Source of the DNA: Candidatus Gottesmanbacteria bacterium UBA6580
GTDB taxonomy: Bacteria; Patescibacteriota; Microgenomatia; UBA10105; UBA927
Direction of reading: 5' to 3'
Assembly (NCBI GenBank): GCA_002433895.1
Contig: DJJA01000001.1
Location: 15,438 to 79,437 of the forward strand
DNA length: 64,000 bases
A program made the position numbers and the translations under genes. Below are positions 1 through 10,671 of this stretch, one piece after another. Positions within the stretch are counted from its first letter, which is position 1; each line of letters begins with the position of its first letter. The notes below the pieces were generated by a model. The model was not told the origin of the DNA and did no database searches. It saw only the letters and a list, made by a program, of their open reading frames with translations.

Positions 1-3000
1 GATTTCTGGATTGCAAATAACAATGATGCGGATGGTGTCGATGACGATATATTCCAAATCGGCAAAGGCCTGGTAGTCGGCACCACCCCCCTCCTCACCC
101 TGACGACGACGGGATATGCCGGACTTGGCACAGCCACACCCAATGAAATGTTGAGTCTGATTACGAGCAGGGTTGTTGACCTTGCGGCCTTCTATGACGG
201 CGTGAACAACAAAATCTTCCAGATTGCCGACGGTGGAGAAATCGCTTTCAAACCCGCGGCGTTTGATACGGTAAAAACCTGTAGCGGCGCGTCATGTGTG
301 TCGGCAGATACGGGATCGTTTGCCAACAATACCACGGAGGCAAAATCCAACGCCGGAACACCTTTTGAAATACTCCCTGCTTCAGCTGCAGGATCAGGAT
401 CGTTCTATATCGGATTGGATCATCCATTCACCTCCATCAACATGGATATTGTTACCGCAAATGTCGGCATGTCTGCGATGGCAGTCGAGTATTGGAACGG
501 CGCGGCTTGGGCTACCGTCACACCGACCGATAACACGTCACTCCTTACGGTGGACGGTAGAATCACCTTTACGGCACCGACAGATTGGGCAACGACAACC
601 ATCGATAGCGTCACAAAGTACTACGTCCGTATCCGCAACTCGACCGGCACGATTACCACCGCGCCAACGGCATATTTCGTAAGCCCAACCACTAACACCC
701 GATTTGCTGTATACGCCCAAAGTGGTGATACGGATGCAGCGATTTATGTGAATGACAAAGGAAACGTGGGTATCGGCACAAATACTCCGACGAGTAAGCT
801 TACGATCGGCGGGGCGTCATCAACTATCACGAATTCAACCGGTGATATCACTATTAATGCTGCTTCTGATATTGTCGACTTTTCTGCGGACAGTCTCACC
901 GATATCACCAATATCGACATTGCCGGAAATTTTGGTGTCGATGATGCGACTCCGGATTATGGCATCGAAATATCTTCCGCTGCTTCCAGCGATCCGTCAT
1001 TCGCTCTCTCGGACGGAGATATCACCCACGGATTAACATCACTTGCCCAAACAGACGTTATACTTCACATTGTTCCCCTCTCTTCCACAGCAGGAGGCGC
1101 ACAAGTGACGGCAATCACAGAGAGTGACGCGCAAGCGTTAAGTATCCGGGGAGTCATCGGCTCCACCACTCCGGCAAATACCACACCTGCCATTAAAATC
1201 ATCGGTGGAAAAGCAAACGGAACCAGCATTGGCGATCTGGATGTAGACTCCACCCAGGGCGGCACCAATGCAGAAACGGTGTTCCAAATTGCCAACAATG
1301 ATGACACGGCAAGCTTTACCATGCTCGGCAATGGCAACATTGGTATTGGTAACCAGGTAACGCCGCTTGCTAAACTCCACGTCGTATCCAATCCCCTCTC
1401 CTCACTCTACACAACAGGTCGTGCTGCAGCCATTTTTGATCAATTTGAAAACCAGGATATTATCGCCGCCTCAGCATCAGGCGTCACCAAATTCAGAGTT
1501 GAAAATGATGGCGATGTCACGGGAGAACGGTTTGTGGATCTGGGTAACACGGCTGGCACCTATTATATCGATCCGGCAAACGGCACCACTTCTATCATGG
1601 TGGACGGCAACATCATCAGCGATGGTGCGTTTAGCATCACTTCAAACGCTACCAACGGTAACATCACCATCAATGCGGGAACTGGCGATATCATCCTGGG
1701 AACCGCCGACGGCACCGGTGCTGAAGTCTGTGTCAGCGTGGACGGTGCTACCTGTACCGGAAAAATCGACGCCGCCACTTTTGACCCTCCCTACACGATC
1801 GACGGGAAAAACTATGCTACGTATGCGCCCAGCATGACCGGTATCAAAGAAGAAACAGTCGGCAATATTCAGACTTCCACCTATGTCCCTGGCATCGGGT
1901 ACAAAGCAGAAATTAACTTCGGCAGTGTCCCGGTCGCATCCGATCTTTGGCTTTTCTCAAGAACTACCGATCTTAAAGTAAATGCCAACCAACTCGTGGT
2001 ACTGTTATCACCCTCTTCCGCTACCCGGGCTTGGTATGATTTTGATCCCGATGCGATGAGGCTGACGTTCTATACTTCGCGCCCAACAAATGTATCATAC
2101 CGCCTCACGGCGCCGAGGTTTGATTGGCAGAAATGGGCAAATACCCGCGCAGACGACGATCGCGCAGGTATGATGCTCAACTATGACAGCTCGTGGTTTA
2201 TGGGCGACGGATCGAACGGTACCCCTGAGGATCCACTTGCCAACCTCTCTATAGAAGAGGTGGATCCAACAACGATGACTTACCGTATCAAACACACCAA
2301 CGGTGACGTCATCGAGGATGCGGCCGCGTATGCCAGACTCCTGGTTGCCTCCATGCAAACAGGCATAATCAGTAGTATCAACGGCATATTTGGCAGAGTA
2401 GTTATTTCGGAAAGCGTCACGTCCCCGGTCGCTGAACTATCGAAAATCCGCACGGACACTATATCACCAATCGCAACCGAATCCGGCACTATAGATATCG
2501 CACTCAACAACACGCAGCGCCTAGAAATACAAAACACGGAAAGGGACGAAACCGTTACGTCATTTGATGCCCTCGGCAATGCCACATTCTCTGGCACCAT
2601 ATCCGCCGCAAGCGTTGATATTTCGGAAGATGCAACAATAGCCGGAGATATCACGAGCGACACCCTCACTACCCAAGAGGCAACCATCGCGGGTCAATTA
2701 TTTGCTGACCGCATTGTCACCAGTTTTGGCGATCTCGATACACGGTTCCAGTCTCTCGAAAATTCACTCAATACCTTAGGCACATCATCAGGACAACAAC
2801 CCACTCCACCACCATTAGGGTCATCCCTCGGAGACGCGGTAACGGTCAACGATGGGCATGTGACAGTAAATACCGACTTATTCGTCCTCGGAGACACGCT
2901 CCTTTCTAGCACGGCGATTACCGGCTCGCTCTTGATCGACGGCGTCATACGATTTACGCAAAATGTAATTGAAACAATCGGTGAAACGCTCTACATTCAA

Positions 3001-3624
3001 AAAAACAAACTTGCGAATGTTGATATTTTGGATGGCACCATCCTTATCGATATTTACAATAGAATATTTATGCGGGGCAACCTCGCCATCTCTGGTGATA
3101 CCACCGTCGGCGGCGTACTGGGAATAGGGACCATTTCCCCGGTTACCGGTGGCGATCTGACCATTAACCTAAGTAACGAAATTCCCAATCCATTCCTGGA
3201 AGAACAGGCGACGCCTTCATCCAGCTTTGCCGACCTCGTTATTAAAGGCGCAAACAATCAAACCGTTGCCGTTATTGACGCCTCTGGCAGCGCCACGTTT
3301 GCCGGCACCGTGGCGGCTGACTCGCTGGTTGCCTCAGGAAGTGCCACCGTACAGAAACTCAACATCAGTGCCGCCCCCACGTCCACTGAAAGCGCGGTAC
3401 CGTCAAATACCGTTGGCACCGGCACCCTTCCAGGGTACTTTACCGAAGTAACCATACTCTCAAGCCAAGTTGCAGCCGACTCTCTTGTGTATCTCACTCC
3501 ACTTTCCAGCACCGGCAATCAGGTATTATATGTGAAAGAAAAACTACCAGGTGTCGGATTTATCGTCGCTATCGACACATCGCTGACGACACCGATAAAC
3601 TTTAACTGGTGGATTATTAATTAA
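1..3624 (+). CDS. Large fibre/adhesin-like surface protein with GNVGIGT-type repeats, 5'-partial
   Basis: The frame is open from base 1 (DFWIANNND...GYAGLGTATPNEML), so the gene starts upstream of the window. It has repeated GNVGIGT/GNIGIG motifs, a Thr/Gly/Ser-rich beta-rich body, a short coiled coil (DLDTRFQSLENSL) and a compact C-terminal domain ending FNWWIIN. Confidence 0.8.
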   Translation, partial: DFWIANNNDADGVDDDIFQIGKGLVVGTTPLLTLTTTGYAGLGTATPNEMLSLITSRVVDLAAFYDGVNNKIFQIADGGEIAFKPAAFDTVKTCSGASCVSADTGSFANNTTEAKSNAGTPFEILPASAAGSGSFYIGLDHPFTSINMDIVTANVGMSAMAVEYWNGAAWATVTPTDNTSLLTVDGRITFTAPTDWATTTIDSVTKYYVRIRNSTGTITTAPTAYFVSPTTNTRFAVYAQSGDTDAAIYVNDKGNVGIGTNTPTSKLTIGGASSTITNSTGDITINAASDIVDFSADSLTDITNIDIAGNFGVDDATPDYGIEISSAASSDPSFALSDGDITHGLTSLAQTDVILHIVPLSSTAGGAQVTAITESDAQALSIRGVIGSTTPANTTPAIKIIGGKANGTSIGDLDVDSTQGGTNAETVFQIANNDDTASFTMLGNGNIGIGNQVTPLAKLHVVSNPLSSLYTTGRAAAIFDQFENQDIIAASASGVTKFRVENDGDVTGERFVDLGNTAGTYYIDPANGTTSIMVDGNIISDGAFSITSNATNGNITINAGTGDIILGTADGTGAEVCVSVDGATCTGKIDAATFDPPYTIDGKNYATYAPSMTGIKEETVGNIQTSTYVPGIGYKAEINFGSVPVASDLWLFSRTTDLKVNANQLVVLLSPSSATRAWYDFDPDAMRLTFYTSRPTNVSYRLTAPRFDWQKWANTRADDDRAGMMLNYDSSWFMGDGSNGTPEDPLANLSIEEVDPTTMTYRIKHTNGDVIEDAAAYARLLVASMQTGIISSINGIFGRVVISESVTSPVAELSKIRTDTISPIATESGTIDIALNNTQRLEIQNTERDETVTSFDALGNATFSGTISAASVDISEDATIAGDITSDTLTTQEATIAGQLFADRIVTSFGDLDTRFQSLENSLNTLGTSSGQQPTPPPLGSSLGDAVTVNDGHVTVNTDLFVLGDTLLSSTAITGSLLIDGVIRFTQNVIETIGETLYIQKNKLANVDILDGTILIDIYNRIFMRGNLAISGDTTVGGVLGIGTISPVTGGDLTINLSNEIPNPFLEEQATPSSSFADLVIKGANNQTVAVIDASGSATFAGTVAADSLVASGSATVQKLNISAAPTSTESAVPSNTVGTGTLPGYFTEVTILSSQVAADSLVYLTPLSSTGNQVLYVKEKLPGVGFIVAIDTSLTTPINFNWWIIN

Positions 3625-3626
3625 CT

Positions 3627-6600
3627 ATGAAACATCGGCATAAGGCACATACAATGGTGATAAAAATTGCACGGCACGCCGTCCGCTGGCTGCTCCATCG
3701 CAACATAATCCTTGTACTCATACTCGCCATTCCCCTTGCTGTCGCGGCTCCTTCGCTTGTCCGAATGATCACGGCAAAAAACACATCGGTAGTGAAAAAA
3801 TCGCCCTTTTCCGACCGGTTCACCATCCGTCATGCCTCAGGCGATCTCACGAGTAACCTGGAAGCCAAAAAACAGGACGTTTCCCTCACGGTGTCCCGGG
3901 GTCAAGCCAAGGCGACCTTTGCCATGGCAGTTTCCCCAGCTAACACTACGCACACGAAAGATGAAATTGTGTACACCGCCAAAGACGGTCTCCGTATGCG
4001 CTACCAACCGATCCAAAACGGCATCAAAGAAGAAATCATCCTCGATAAACCCATGGGAAGAAGCACCTTCCTCTCCACCCTTTCGGTCGCAAATGTGCGC
4101 CCCATCGTCACCCCGGAAGGACAGATTGTCTTCGTCGATCAAAACGGTACGTACCAATTCCACATAATGCAGCCCTTTGCCATCGACGCCAACGGCACGG
4201 TCACCCGGAATATCCGTTACCGGCTCACCGACGCCGCTGATGTTTATAAAAAACTATCGAAAGATATAAATCAGCATACCTATATATCACAACAGCTCCT
4301 CGGGCCGGTGCCGCAACCGTCAGGGCCAGGTATCGCCGAACGCTCCTATATGCTCGTACTCGACATGGATCCGTCATGGCTATCGGATCCTTCACGCGCG
4401 TATCCCGTCACGATCGACCCGACGGTCGTCCATGATACGACCAGCGAGTTTGCGACCGGCACCATGAACCGTGTTAAAGACACCGGCAGCGGCAGTGCAC
4501 CTTATCTAGAGTCATACTACCAACCGCTTATCGCAGACAGACACACTGTGGGTCTTTGGCACCTGGATGAAGCGAGCGGCGATGCGACCGACGCAAGCGG
4601 CAACAGCCTCACGGGCACAAACACAGGTAGCACCGCAACCACGGGCGTTTTTAGTAACGGCAGAAGTTTTGATGGATCCGGAAACAAAATTATCGTTGCT
4701 CACTCTGCAAAATTTCCTACGGTAGAGCGCACCGTAGAAGCATGGGTAAAAATCACAAGCACTACTTCTGCAGATAGACTACTAATGGGCGAGGGATCTG
4801 AGCATTGGTTTACCTATGACGGAGCCACCTGGGGTTGCGCCGCAGGTCAAATCGGGTATATGGTCTGGATCAACTCGGCATGGTCATGTGTAAGCGGTTT
4901 TACCCCAAGCCTTAACCGCTGGTATCACATTGCCGGTACCTATAACGGCAACACGATCCAACTCTATGTTGACGGTGTGTTGATAAACAAAGTATCCAAC
5001 ACAGGCTCTTTTACGCCAGCGTCAAACTCATTTGACATAGGTAACTACTCAGGCGGCGGATATGGGCTCCCCATTGTGCTTGATGACGTAAGACTCAGCA
5101 ATGTCGCCCGATCAGCAGAAGACATCAAGTCAAGCGCTTCTCGGAGATCCCACGCAATCTACATGTCTGATATTCTCGATCTCACCGGCGGCACCTCCAG
5201 CCTTATGCAATGGAACTCTTTTTCATGGAACGAGCTTGGAGTGGCAACCGGCGACGGTGAAAGCCTCAAAGACACCACAAGCCTATACGCACAGTGGAAT
5301 CTGAACGAAACTAGTGGCACAACCGCAGTCAATGCCGCCGGCTCATGCGGAGTGTCATGTAATGGCACACTTACCAATTTTGCCTCCACCAGCTCCCAAG
5401 ACCAGGCTGCGGGCACCGGATGGACAACGGCTAATAAGCGTTGGGGGGCGGGTTCGCTTATGTTTGACGGCGCCGACGATTGGATCAGTGTCGCAAGTAA
5501 CCCGCTTACTAACTCGTATGTCACCATCAATACCTGGATAAAGACATCTAAAATTTCAGCTTCTCGAACGATTATCGATATAAACACGGCAGCAAATGCC
5601 GGAGGCATGCTGCTTAATTTTCGTTCAGACTGTCCAATGTCATTAGGTATTGCCATGAGCTGGAGAGATGCCGCTTGGGTTTCGGGTGCCTATCCATTTA
5701 TTTGTGGCTCAAGAATTGACGATGGCCGATGGCACATGGTTACCGGCGTCTATGACAGTCAAGGAGCTAAATTATATGTTGATGGTATCCTCGCAAACTC
5801 CAGCACTCGAAACTCAACACTGAGTAATCAAAGTCAAACAATCAATATCGGCAAACTCGTGAATCAAGCAGCAGGTGCAGGATATAACTTTAATGGAGTC
5901 ATTGATGCCACTACGATATACTCCCGCGCCCTCACAGCAGCTGAAATTTTAAGTAATTACAACGCCAGTAACATTGAGTTTCAAACCCGTGTGGGAAACT
6001 CTTCCAGTCCCGATGACGGCAGCTGGGAGGCCTGGCGTCCGACAACAAGTGAAACACTTATTGAGGGTTTTGAAAACAATGAGGATAACACGCGGGTCTA
6101 CGAAATGGGCTTTAGTGCGCCTGGTATCAATCCTACTTGGGCAAAGAAAAACAACGCGGTTCCCGCCAATTCTGATACCACCACCAGCGATGGCCGTATT
6201 CCCCTGGGCACAAATGGCACTGGTGATGACACACACGCTTATGGTCCCGCACTACTCAAAGACGGAGCAACCTATAAAATGTGGTATTCGGGTTCTGATG
6301 GCGCAACACTACGCATTTATTACGCAACCAGTAGCGACGGCCTTACCTGGACCAAATACAACAATGCCATCCCGAGCACATCAGATACCACCACCAGCGA
6401 TGGCCGTATTCCCCTGGGCACAAATGGCACTGGTGATGACGCCCATACAGGGTATCCTACAGTGATAAAAGATGGATCCACTTATAAAATGTGGTATTCG
6501 GGACACGATGGAAGCGCGTGGCGTATCTTCTATGCGACCAGCAGCGACGGCCTCACCTGGACCAAATACAACAATGCGATTGAATCACCAAGTAATACAA

Positions 6601-9600
6601 CAGGCACGCAAGGACGCATACCACTCGGCTCAAGCGGGGGCGACACCAGCCAAACAGTAGCTCCCACTGTCATAAAGGACGGATCCACCTATAAAATGTG
6701 GTATTCAGGAAGTGATGGTACTAATTGGAGAATATATCATGCTACCAGCAGCGACGGCCTTACCTGGACGAAATATGATAATTCCATCCCTGCCGCAAGT
6801 GATAGCACAAGCACAAACGGTAGGATCCCTCTTGGCAGCACCGGAGTCGATACAGTCCACTCATATATATTTTCTGTCATAAAAGACGGTCCAGTTTACA
6901 AGGGATGGTATTCCATGCAGGACGCATCAAATACGTACGTCGGATATGTCAGCTCCCTCGATGGACTCAGTTGGAGAAAATATCACAACGCTGCGCCGAC
7001 GGCAAGCAACACCACCTCCACAAATGGACGCATTGCTCGGGGTGCCTCCGGCGGAGATGTTACTCATGCGTTTTCACCTGCCGTTATCAAAGACGGAGCT
7101 GTGTATAAGGTTTGGTATGCAGGATATGACTCCACAAACTGGAGAATCTATCATGCGAGTATGAAGTCGATTACACTAAGTCAAAACACTGAATCCGTAA
7201 TCAAGCAAGAATCGAGTTATTCAGAAAAATTCACGACCGCTCCCCAAGCGGACGGAAGCGTTGTGGGACTCTGGCACCTCGATGAAACCGGTGGCACTGG
7301 TGCATATATCAAAGACAGCAGTGGCAACGCCAATCATGGCACTCCGACAGGAACCACCTTAAGCATGGGTAAATTCAACAAGGCGCGCACGTTTGACGGA
7401 AACAATGACTATATAGACCTTGGTACCGGTGCGACATTTGATTTTGGAAACAACGGCCCTTTCACCCATAGCGGATGGGTAAACATTACCACCATGCTCA
7501 ACTATGCTGGCTTTGTCAGCAAGGTTGTGACAGGTCGTGGCGGAACCTACTCATATATGACCGTCGTCATGGCGGACGGCAGCATGGCTGCCTATACAGG
7601 AGCTGCGTGGGTCACCCCCTGTCCTGCAGGTTCCGTAAGTGCCGGTCGTTGGCAACATATCGCGTTTTCATATGACGGCACCAACATTACTGGGTATGTT
7701 AATGGGGTATCGTGCGGTTCAATTGCCTTTACCTACACAGACAACACGGCACACAATCTATACATCGGCAGTTGGTATTCACCCTCAACTATCTATGATT
7801 TTAACGGCCAAATCGATGAGGTAGTCACCTCCAAAGCGGCTCGATCGGGGGAAGAAATCGCTGAAGAATATCGCCTCGGTCGCGATCATTATATGACAAA
7901 AACAATCAGCAGCACAGACCTTTCGGGAAAAAAATCACTACCTTTTAATATCGCCGCTGATCGGCCCGGCACCTATCTCCAAACAGTTGTCGGTGAAAGC
8001 GACTATGTTAACTATCAGCCGGACAGCAGCACGGGTGGATTCTGGCATTTTGATGAAACGATAAGTCCGGTCAAAGACGCTGCCGGAAAAGTAAATGGCT
8101 CAATAACAGGCACTACGTCGGTTCAAGGTAAAATCGGAAGAGGTCGCTATTTTAATGGCACAAGCGACTATGTCGCTATCGCTGATGTACCAACCCTCAA
8201 TCCTTCGTCACAAATCACCGCAGAGGCATGGATCCGCACCACGGGCACCGGCAGCAACCTTGCAATCCTTGGAAAAACCACCGGATGTGCCTCATCCGGC
8301 TATCTCCTGTGGCTTAATGAAAACGGTGTGGGTGCCGGTCTCCCTGGATTTTTTATTGGCGCAGGGGCGTGGCTTGACGGGACCATAGCGGTGAACGACG
8401 GCAAATGGCATCATATCGTGGGCACATTCGACGGGAGCACGGCAAGACTCTATATAGATGGTGCACTCAACGCGAGTGGCGCACGAAGCGGCACACTCAC
8501 TTCTACCACGCAACTACAGATAGGGGGGCAAACCACTGGGGCGGGATGTACTGGAGGACTTTGGTTTCCTGGTGACATAGATGAAGTTCGCATCAGTTCT
8601 ACCGCACGCTCCGCGGCAGAAATACGACAGGCATTCGAAATTGGACTCCGTAGCCACGCTGTAACCATCGACTTTGCCGCGGCGCTTGACAGCGGTAATC
8701 TCATCACGGGAAGCGGTGATACCGGTTTTACTATTGATGCGACGACTCATGGGTTGGGCAGCAAGGGCAGCGGATTATATCTCAGTGACAAGCTGATCGT
8801 ACGCGAAAACTATGACGGTACCGAATACATTGCCCAGGGCACAGTAACTGCGGTGACCACAAGCACCGGAGCCGTGACAGTTGCGTCGTGGGACACAGGA
8901 AGCACCTTCCCCTCCGGGGGCTATACGGCAAACGCTTCGATATTTAAATGGCAACGTGAATTTTGGAATATTGACAGTGGTGCTCCGGATGATGCGGTTG
9001 ACGCGGTCACGAATCTGACCCTACGGCTTACCGACGGCATTGAAGGCCGCACCATTTGGCTTGACGATTTCCGCAGTGCGGGAGATTACTTGACTACACC
9101 GGCGGGATCAACAATCACGAGTTCCACGGGTAACCGATACATACAGTATCGCGCAATTCTCCACTCATCTGACGAAGCCGTGTCGCCACAACTGACCTCG
9201 GTGACCCTTGATTACCGGACGAATGTCGCACCGTCGGCACCTACCAACATCCTTACTGAAGGAGCGGCAAACCCGACGGGTGTGATCGATACCACCCCGG
9301 AATTTTCCGCTATCTATGTTGACGGCGATAGCGGGGATATCGCGAATAAATACCGCATACAGGTTGATGATAACAGTAATTTTTTGTCCGTCCTTTGGGA
9401 TTCGGGTGCTTCGGGCACAAGCATGGCCAACTGCACTGCAGGCAACCGGTGTGCAGACGTTTCGTATGCGGGAAGCTCCCTCACACAGGGAACCACCTAT
9501 TACGTACGGTTTGCTTTCTGGGACGATGATAACACCGAAGGGGCATGGTCATCGGAATCCGCATTATTTACCATGAATGCCGCGCAATCTGCGCCGACGC

Positions 9601-10007
9601 TCGACTCCCCTTCCAATGGAGCGACAAACCGCATCCTAACCGTGAGCCTGAAAACTACGGGAACTGATACCGACGGTGATTACCTCCGCTACAAAATCGA
9701 ACTCTGTACAAATGTAGGGATGACCGCAAACTGCCAAACCTTCGACCAAACAAGTAGCCAAACCGGCTGGAGCGGTCAAAACACCCAAACAAGCACGGCA
9801 TACACCTCTGGCACGCAGGCGACGTACACAATCCAAACCCCCCTCACCGTAAGCACCACCTATTATTGGCGAAGCTACAGCATCGATCCCGGCGGCACCA
9901 ACACCTGGTCGCCGACCCAAGGTGCCCCCTACTCCTTCACCACGACCGATGGGACGACCAATTTCACCGTAGAAGGACTGCAACTTGATGGCATCAATCT
10001 AGACTGA
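3627..10007 (+). CDS. 2126-aa membrane-anchored/secreted protein with four LamG (ConA-like) domains, a 5-bladed beta-propeller and C-terminal Ig/FN3-like domains
   Basis: N-terminal hydrophobic segment (IILVLILAIPLAVAA). Four G[LF]WH[LF]DE/WNLNE...WxH...YDG...LYVDG...IDEV-type blocks. Five KDGxxYKxWY repeats with SSDGLTW (Asp-box-like) motifs. C-terminal TTYYWR-type strands. Confidence 0.85.
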   Translation: MKHRHKAHTMVIKIARHAVRWLLHRNIILVLILAIPLAVAAPSLVRMITAKNTSVVKKSPFSDRFTIRHASGDLTSNLEAKKQDVSLTVSRGQAKATFAMAVSPANTTHTKDEIVYTAKDGLRMRYQPIQNGIKEEIILDKPMGRSTFLSTLSVANVRPIVTPEGQIVFVDQNGTYQFHIMQPFAIDANGTVTRNIRYRLTDAADVYKKLSKDINQHTYISQQLLGPVPQPSGPGIAERSYMLVLDMDPSWLSDPSRAYPVTIDPTVVHDTTSEFATGTMNRVKDTGSGSAPYLESYYQPLIADRHTVGLWHLDEASGDATDASGNSLTGTNTGSTATTGVFSNGRSFDGSGNKIIVAHSAKFPTVERTVEAWVKITSTTSADRLLMGEGSEHWFTYDGATWGCAAGQIGYMVWINSAWSCVSGFTPSLNRWYHIAGTYNGNTIQLYVDGVLINKVSNTGSFTPASNSFDIGNYSGGGYGLPIVLDDVRLSNVARSAEDIKSSASRRSHAIYMSDILDLTGGTSSLMQWNSFSWNELGVATGDGESLKDTTSLYAQWNLNETSGTTAVNAAGSCGVSCNGTLTNFASTSSQDQAAGTGWTTANKRWGAGSLMFDGADDWISVASNPLTNSYVTINTWIKTSKISASRTIIDINTAANAGGMLLNFRSDCPMSLGIAMSWRDAAWVSGAYPFICGSRIDDGRWHMVTGVYDSQGAKLYVDGILANSSTRNSTLSNQSQTINIGKLVNQAAGAGYNFNGVIDATTIYSRALTAAEILSNYNASNIEFQTRVGNSSSPDDGSWEAWRPTTSETLIEGFENNEDNTRVYEMGFSAPGINPTWAKKNNAVPANSDTTTSDGRIPLGTNGTGDDTHAYGPALLKDGATYKMWYSGSDGATLRIYYATSSDGLTWTKYNNAIPSTSDTTTSDGRIPLGTNGTGDDAHTGYPTVIKDGSTYKMWYSGHDGSAWRIFYATSSDGLTWTKYNNAIESPSNTTGTQGRIPLGSSGGDTSQTVAPTVIKDGSTYKMWYSGSDGTNWRIYHATSSDGLTWTKYDNSIPAASDSTSTNGRIPLGSTGVDTVHSYIFSVIKDGPVYKGWYSMQDASNTYVGYVSSLDGLSWRKYHNAAPTASNTTSTNGRIARGASGGDVTHAFSPAVIKDGAVYKVWYAGYDSTNWRIYHASMKSITLSQNTESVIKQESSYSEKFTTAPQADGSVVGLWHLDETGGTGAYIKDSSGNANHGTPTGTTLSMGKFNKARTFDGNNDYIDLGTGATFDFGNNGPFTHSGWVNITTMLNYAGFVSKVVTGRGGTYSYMTVVMADGSMAAYTGAAWVTPCPAGSVSAGRWQHIAFSYDGTNITGYVNGVSCGSIAFTYTDNTAHNLYIGSWYSPSTIYDFNGQIDEVVTSKAARSGEEIAEEYRLGRDHYMTKTISSTDLSGKKSLPFNIAADRPGTYLQTVVGESDYVNYQPDSSTGGFWHFDETISPVKDAAGKVNGSITGTTSVQGKIGRGRYFNGTSDYVAIADVPTLNPSSQITAEAWIRTTGTGSNLAILGKTTGCASSGYLLWLNENGVGAGLPGFFIGAGAWLDGTIAVNDGKWHHIVGTFDGSTARLYIDGALNASGARSGTLTSTTQLQIGGQTTGAGCTGGLWFPGDIDEVRISSTARSAAEIRQAFEIGLRSHAVTIDFAAALDSGNLITGSGDTGFTIDATTHGLGSKGSGLYLSDKLIVRENYDGTEYIAQGTVTAVTTSTGAVTVASWDTGSTFPSGGYTANASIFKWQREFWNIDSGAPDDAVDAVTNLTLRLTDGIEGRTIWLDDFRSAGDYLTTPAGSTITSSTGNRYIQYRAILHSSDEAVSPQLTSVTLDYRTNVAPSAPTNILTEGAANPTGVIDTTPEFSAIYVDGDSGDIANKYRIQVDDNSNFLSVLWDSGASGTSMANCTAGNRCADVSYAGSSLTQGTTYYVRFAFWDDDNTEGAWSSESALFTMNAAQSAPTLDSPSNGATNRILTVSLKTTGTDTDGDYLRYKIELCTNVGMTANCQTFDQTSSQTGWSGQNTQTSTAYTSGTQATYTIQTPLTVSTTYYWRSYSIDPGGTNTWSPTQGAPYSFTTTDGTTNFTVEGLQLDGINLD
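6174..6440 (+). repeat. 57-bp exact intragenic direct repeat (6174-6230 = 6384-6440) within ~210-bp propeller-blade repeats
   Basis: GATACCACCACCAGCGATGGCCGTATTCCCCTGGGCACAAATGGCACTGGTGATGAC occurs twice, 210 bp apart. Confidence 0.95.
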
Positions 10008-10122
10008 TGTCACCTTCGATGCATTTAGATATATTACAAGCAATAATGATAGAGTTGACAACGCCCGGATTAAATAATGTATTCTTTACAAGAATGATCA
10101 TGAAGGTTGTGTGTATTCTGCC

Positions 10123-10671
10123 ATGAAATCATCTGCCAAACAGGCATCACAAAGTCAAGTTGTTTCCGCTCTCATTGCGATTGCAGTTATAGTCGGTGCA
10201 ACGGCGTTTGCCTGGCTATGGATTCAGAAACAACAACCCACCGTTGATGAAACTGAAACCCAGGAGCTTGCGGCCGGAGAAGCAACTCCTCCACCTACTC
10301 CAACACCAACGCCTACCAAATTGTTCCACGGCAAAGATACGTATATTGTCAGCCGGGGCTCCCAAGCCACGGGTCCGAATGTCTCGGAAATCACCTTTGA
10401 TCCACTTGATCCGGCAGTGGGAGGACAACAAATCATTTCAGTAAAAGCCTCTTACAGTACGGCTATTTCTGATGTGTCTGTCAAACTCAGAACGGACACC
10501 AAAACAACAACACTCAAACTTGAACTTGCCGAGGGAACAAACCTTGGTGGCACATGGAAGACCACCTGGACTATCCCGGAAACCTATCTTTATAACTATG
10601 CGGCAACCATAGAGGCAACAAGCGGCAACGAAGTGACCACCATCCCAGTGATTATTCGCGAAAGAAAATGA
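10123..10671 (+). CDS. Membrane-anchored protein: single TM, PT-rich linker, Ig-like domain
   Basis: TM segment ALIAIAVIVGATAFAWLW, then TPPPTPTPTPT, then a beta-rich C-domain. ATG at 10123 preferred over GTG at 10111. ATGA overlap with the next gene. Confidence 0.75.
   Translation: MKSSAKQASQSQVVSALIAIAVIVGATAFAWLWIQKQQPTVDETETQELAAGEATPPPTPTPTPTKLFHGKDTYIVSRGSQATGPNVSEITFDPLDPAVGGQQIISVKASYSTAISDVSVKLRTDTKTTTLKLELAEGTNLGGTWKTTWTIPETYLYNYAATIEATSGNEVTTIPVIIRERK

Noticed and set aside
6135-7165. ~210-bp periodic repeats as CRISPR or DGR template/variable repeats
   Set aside because: They are in-frame propeller blades; there are no spacers, cas genes or reverse transcriptase, and the differences are not adenine-specific.
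10055-10085. TTGACA as a canonical promoter for the 10123 gene
   Set aside because: No -10 hexamer at 16-18 nt spacing (TATTCT is at 19), so not supported well enough.
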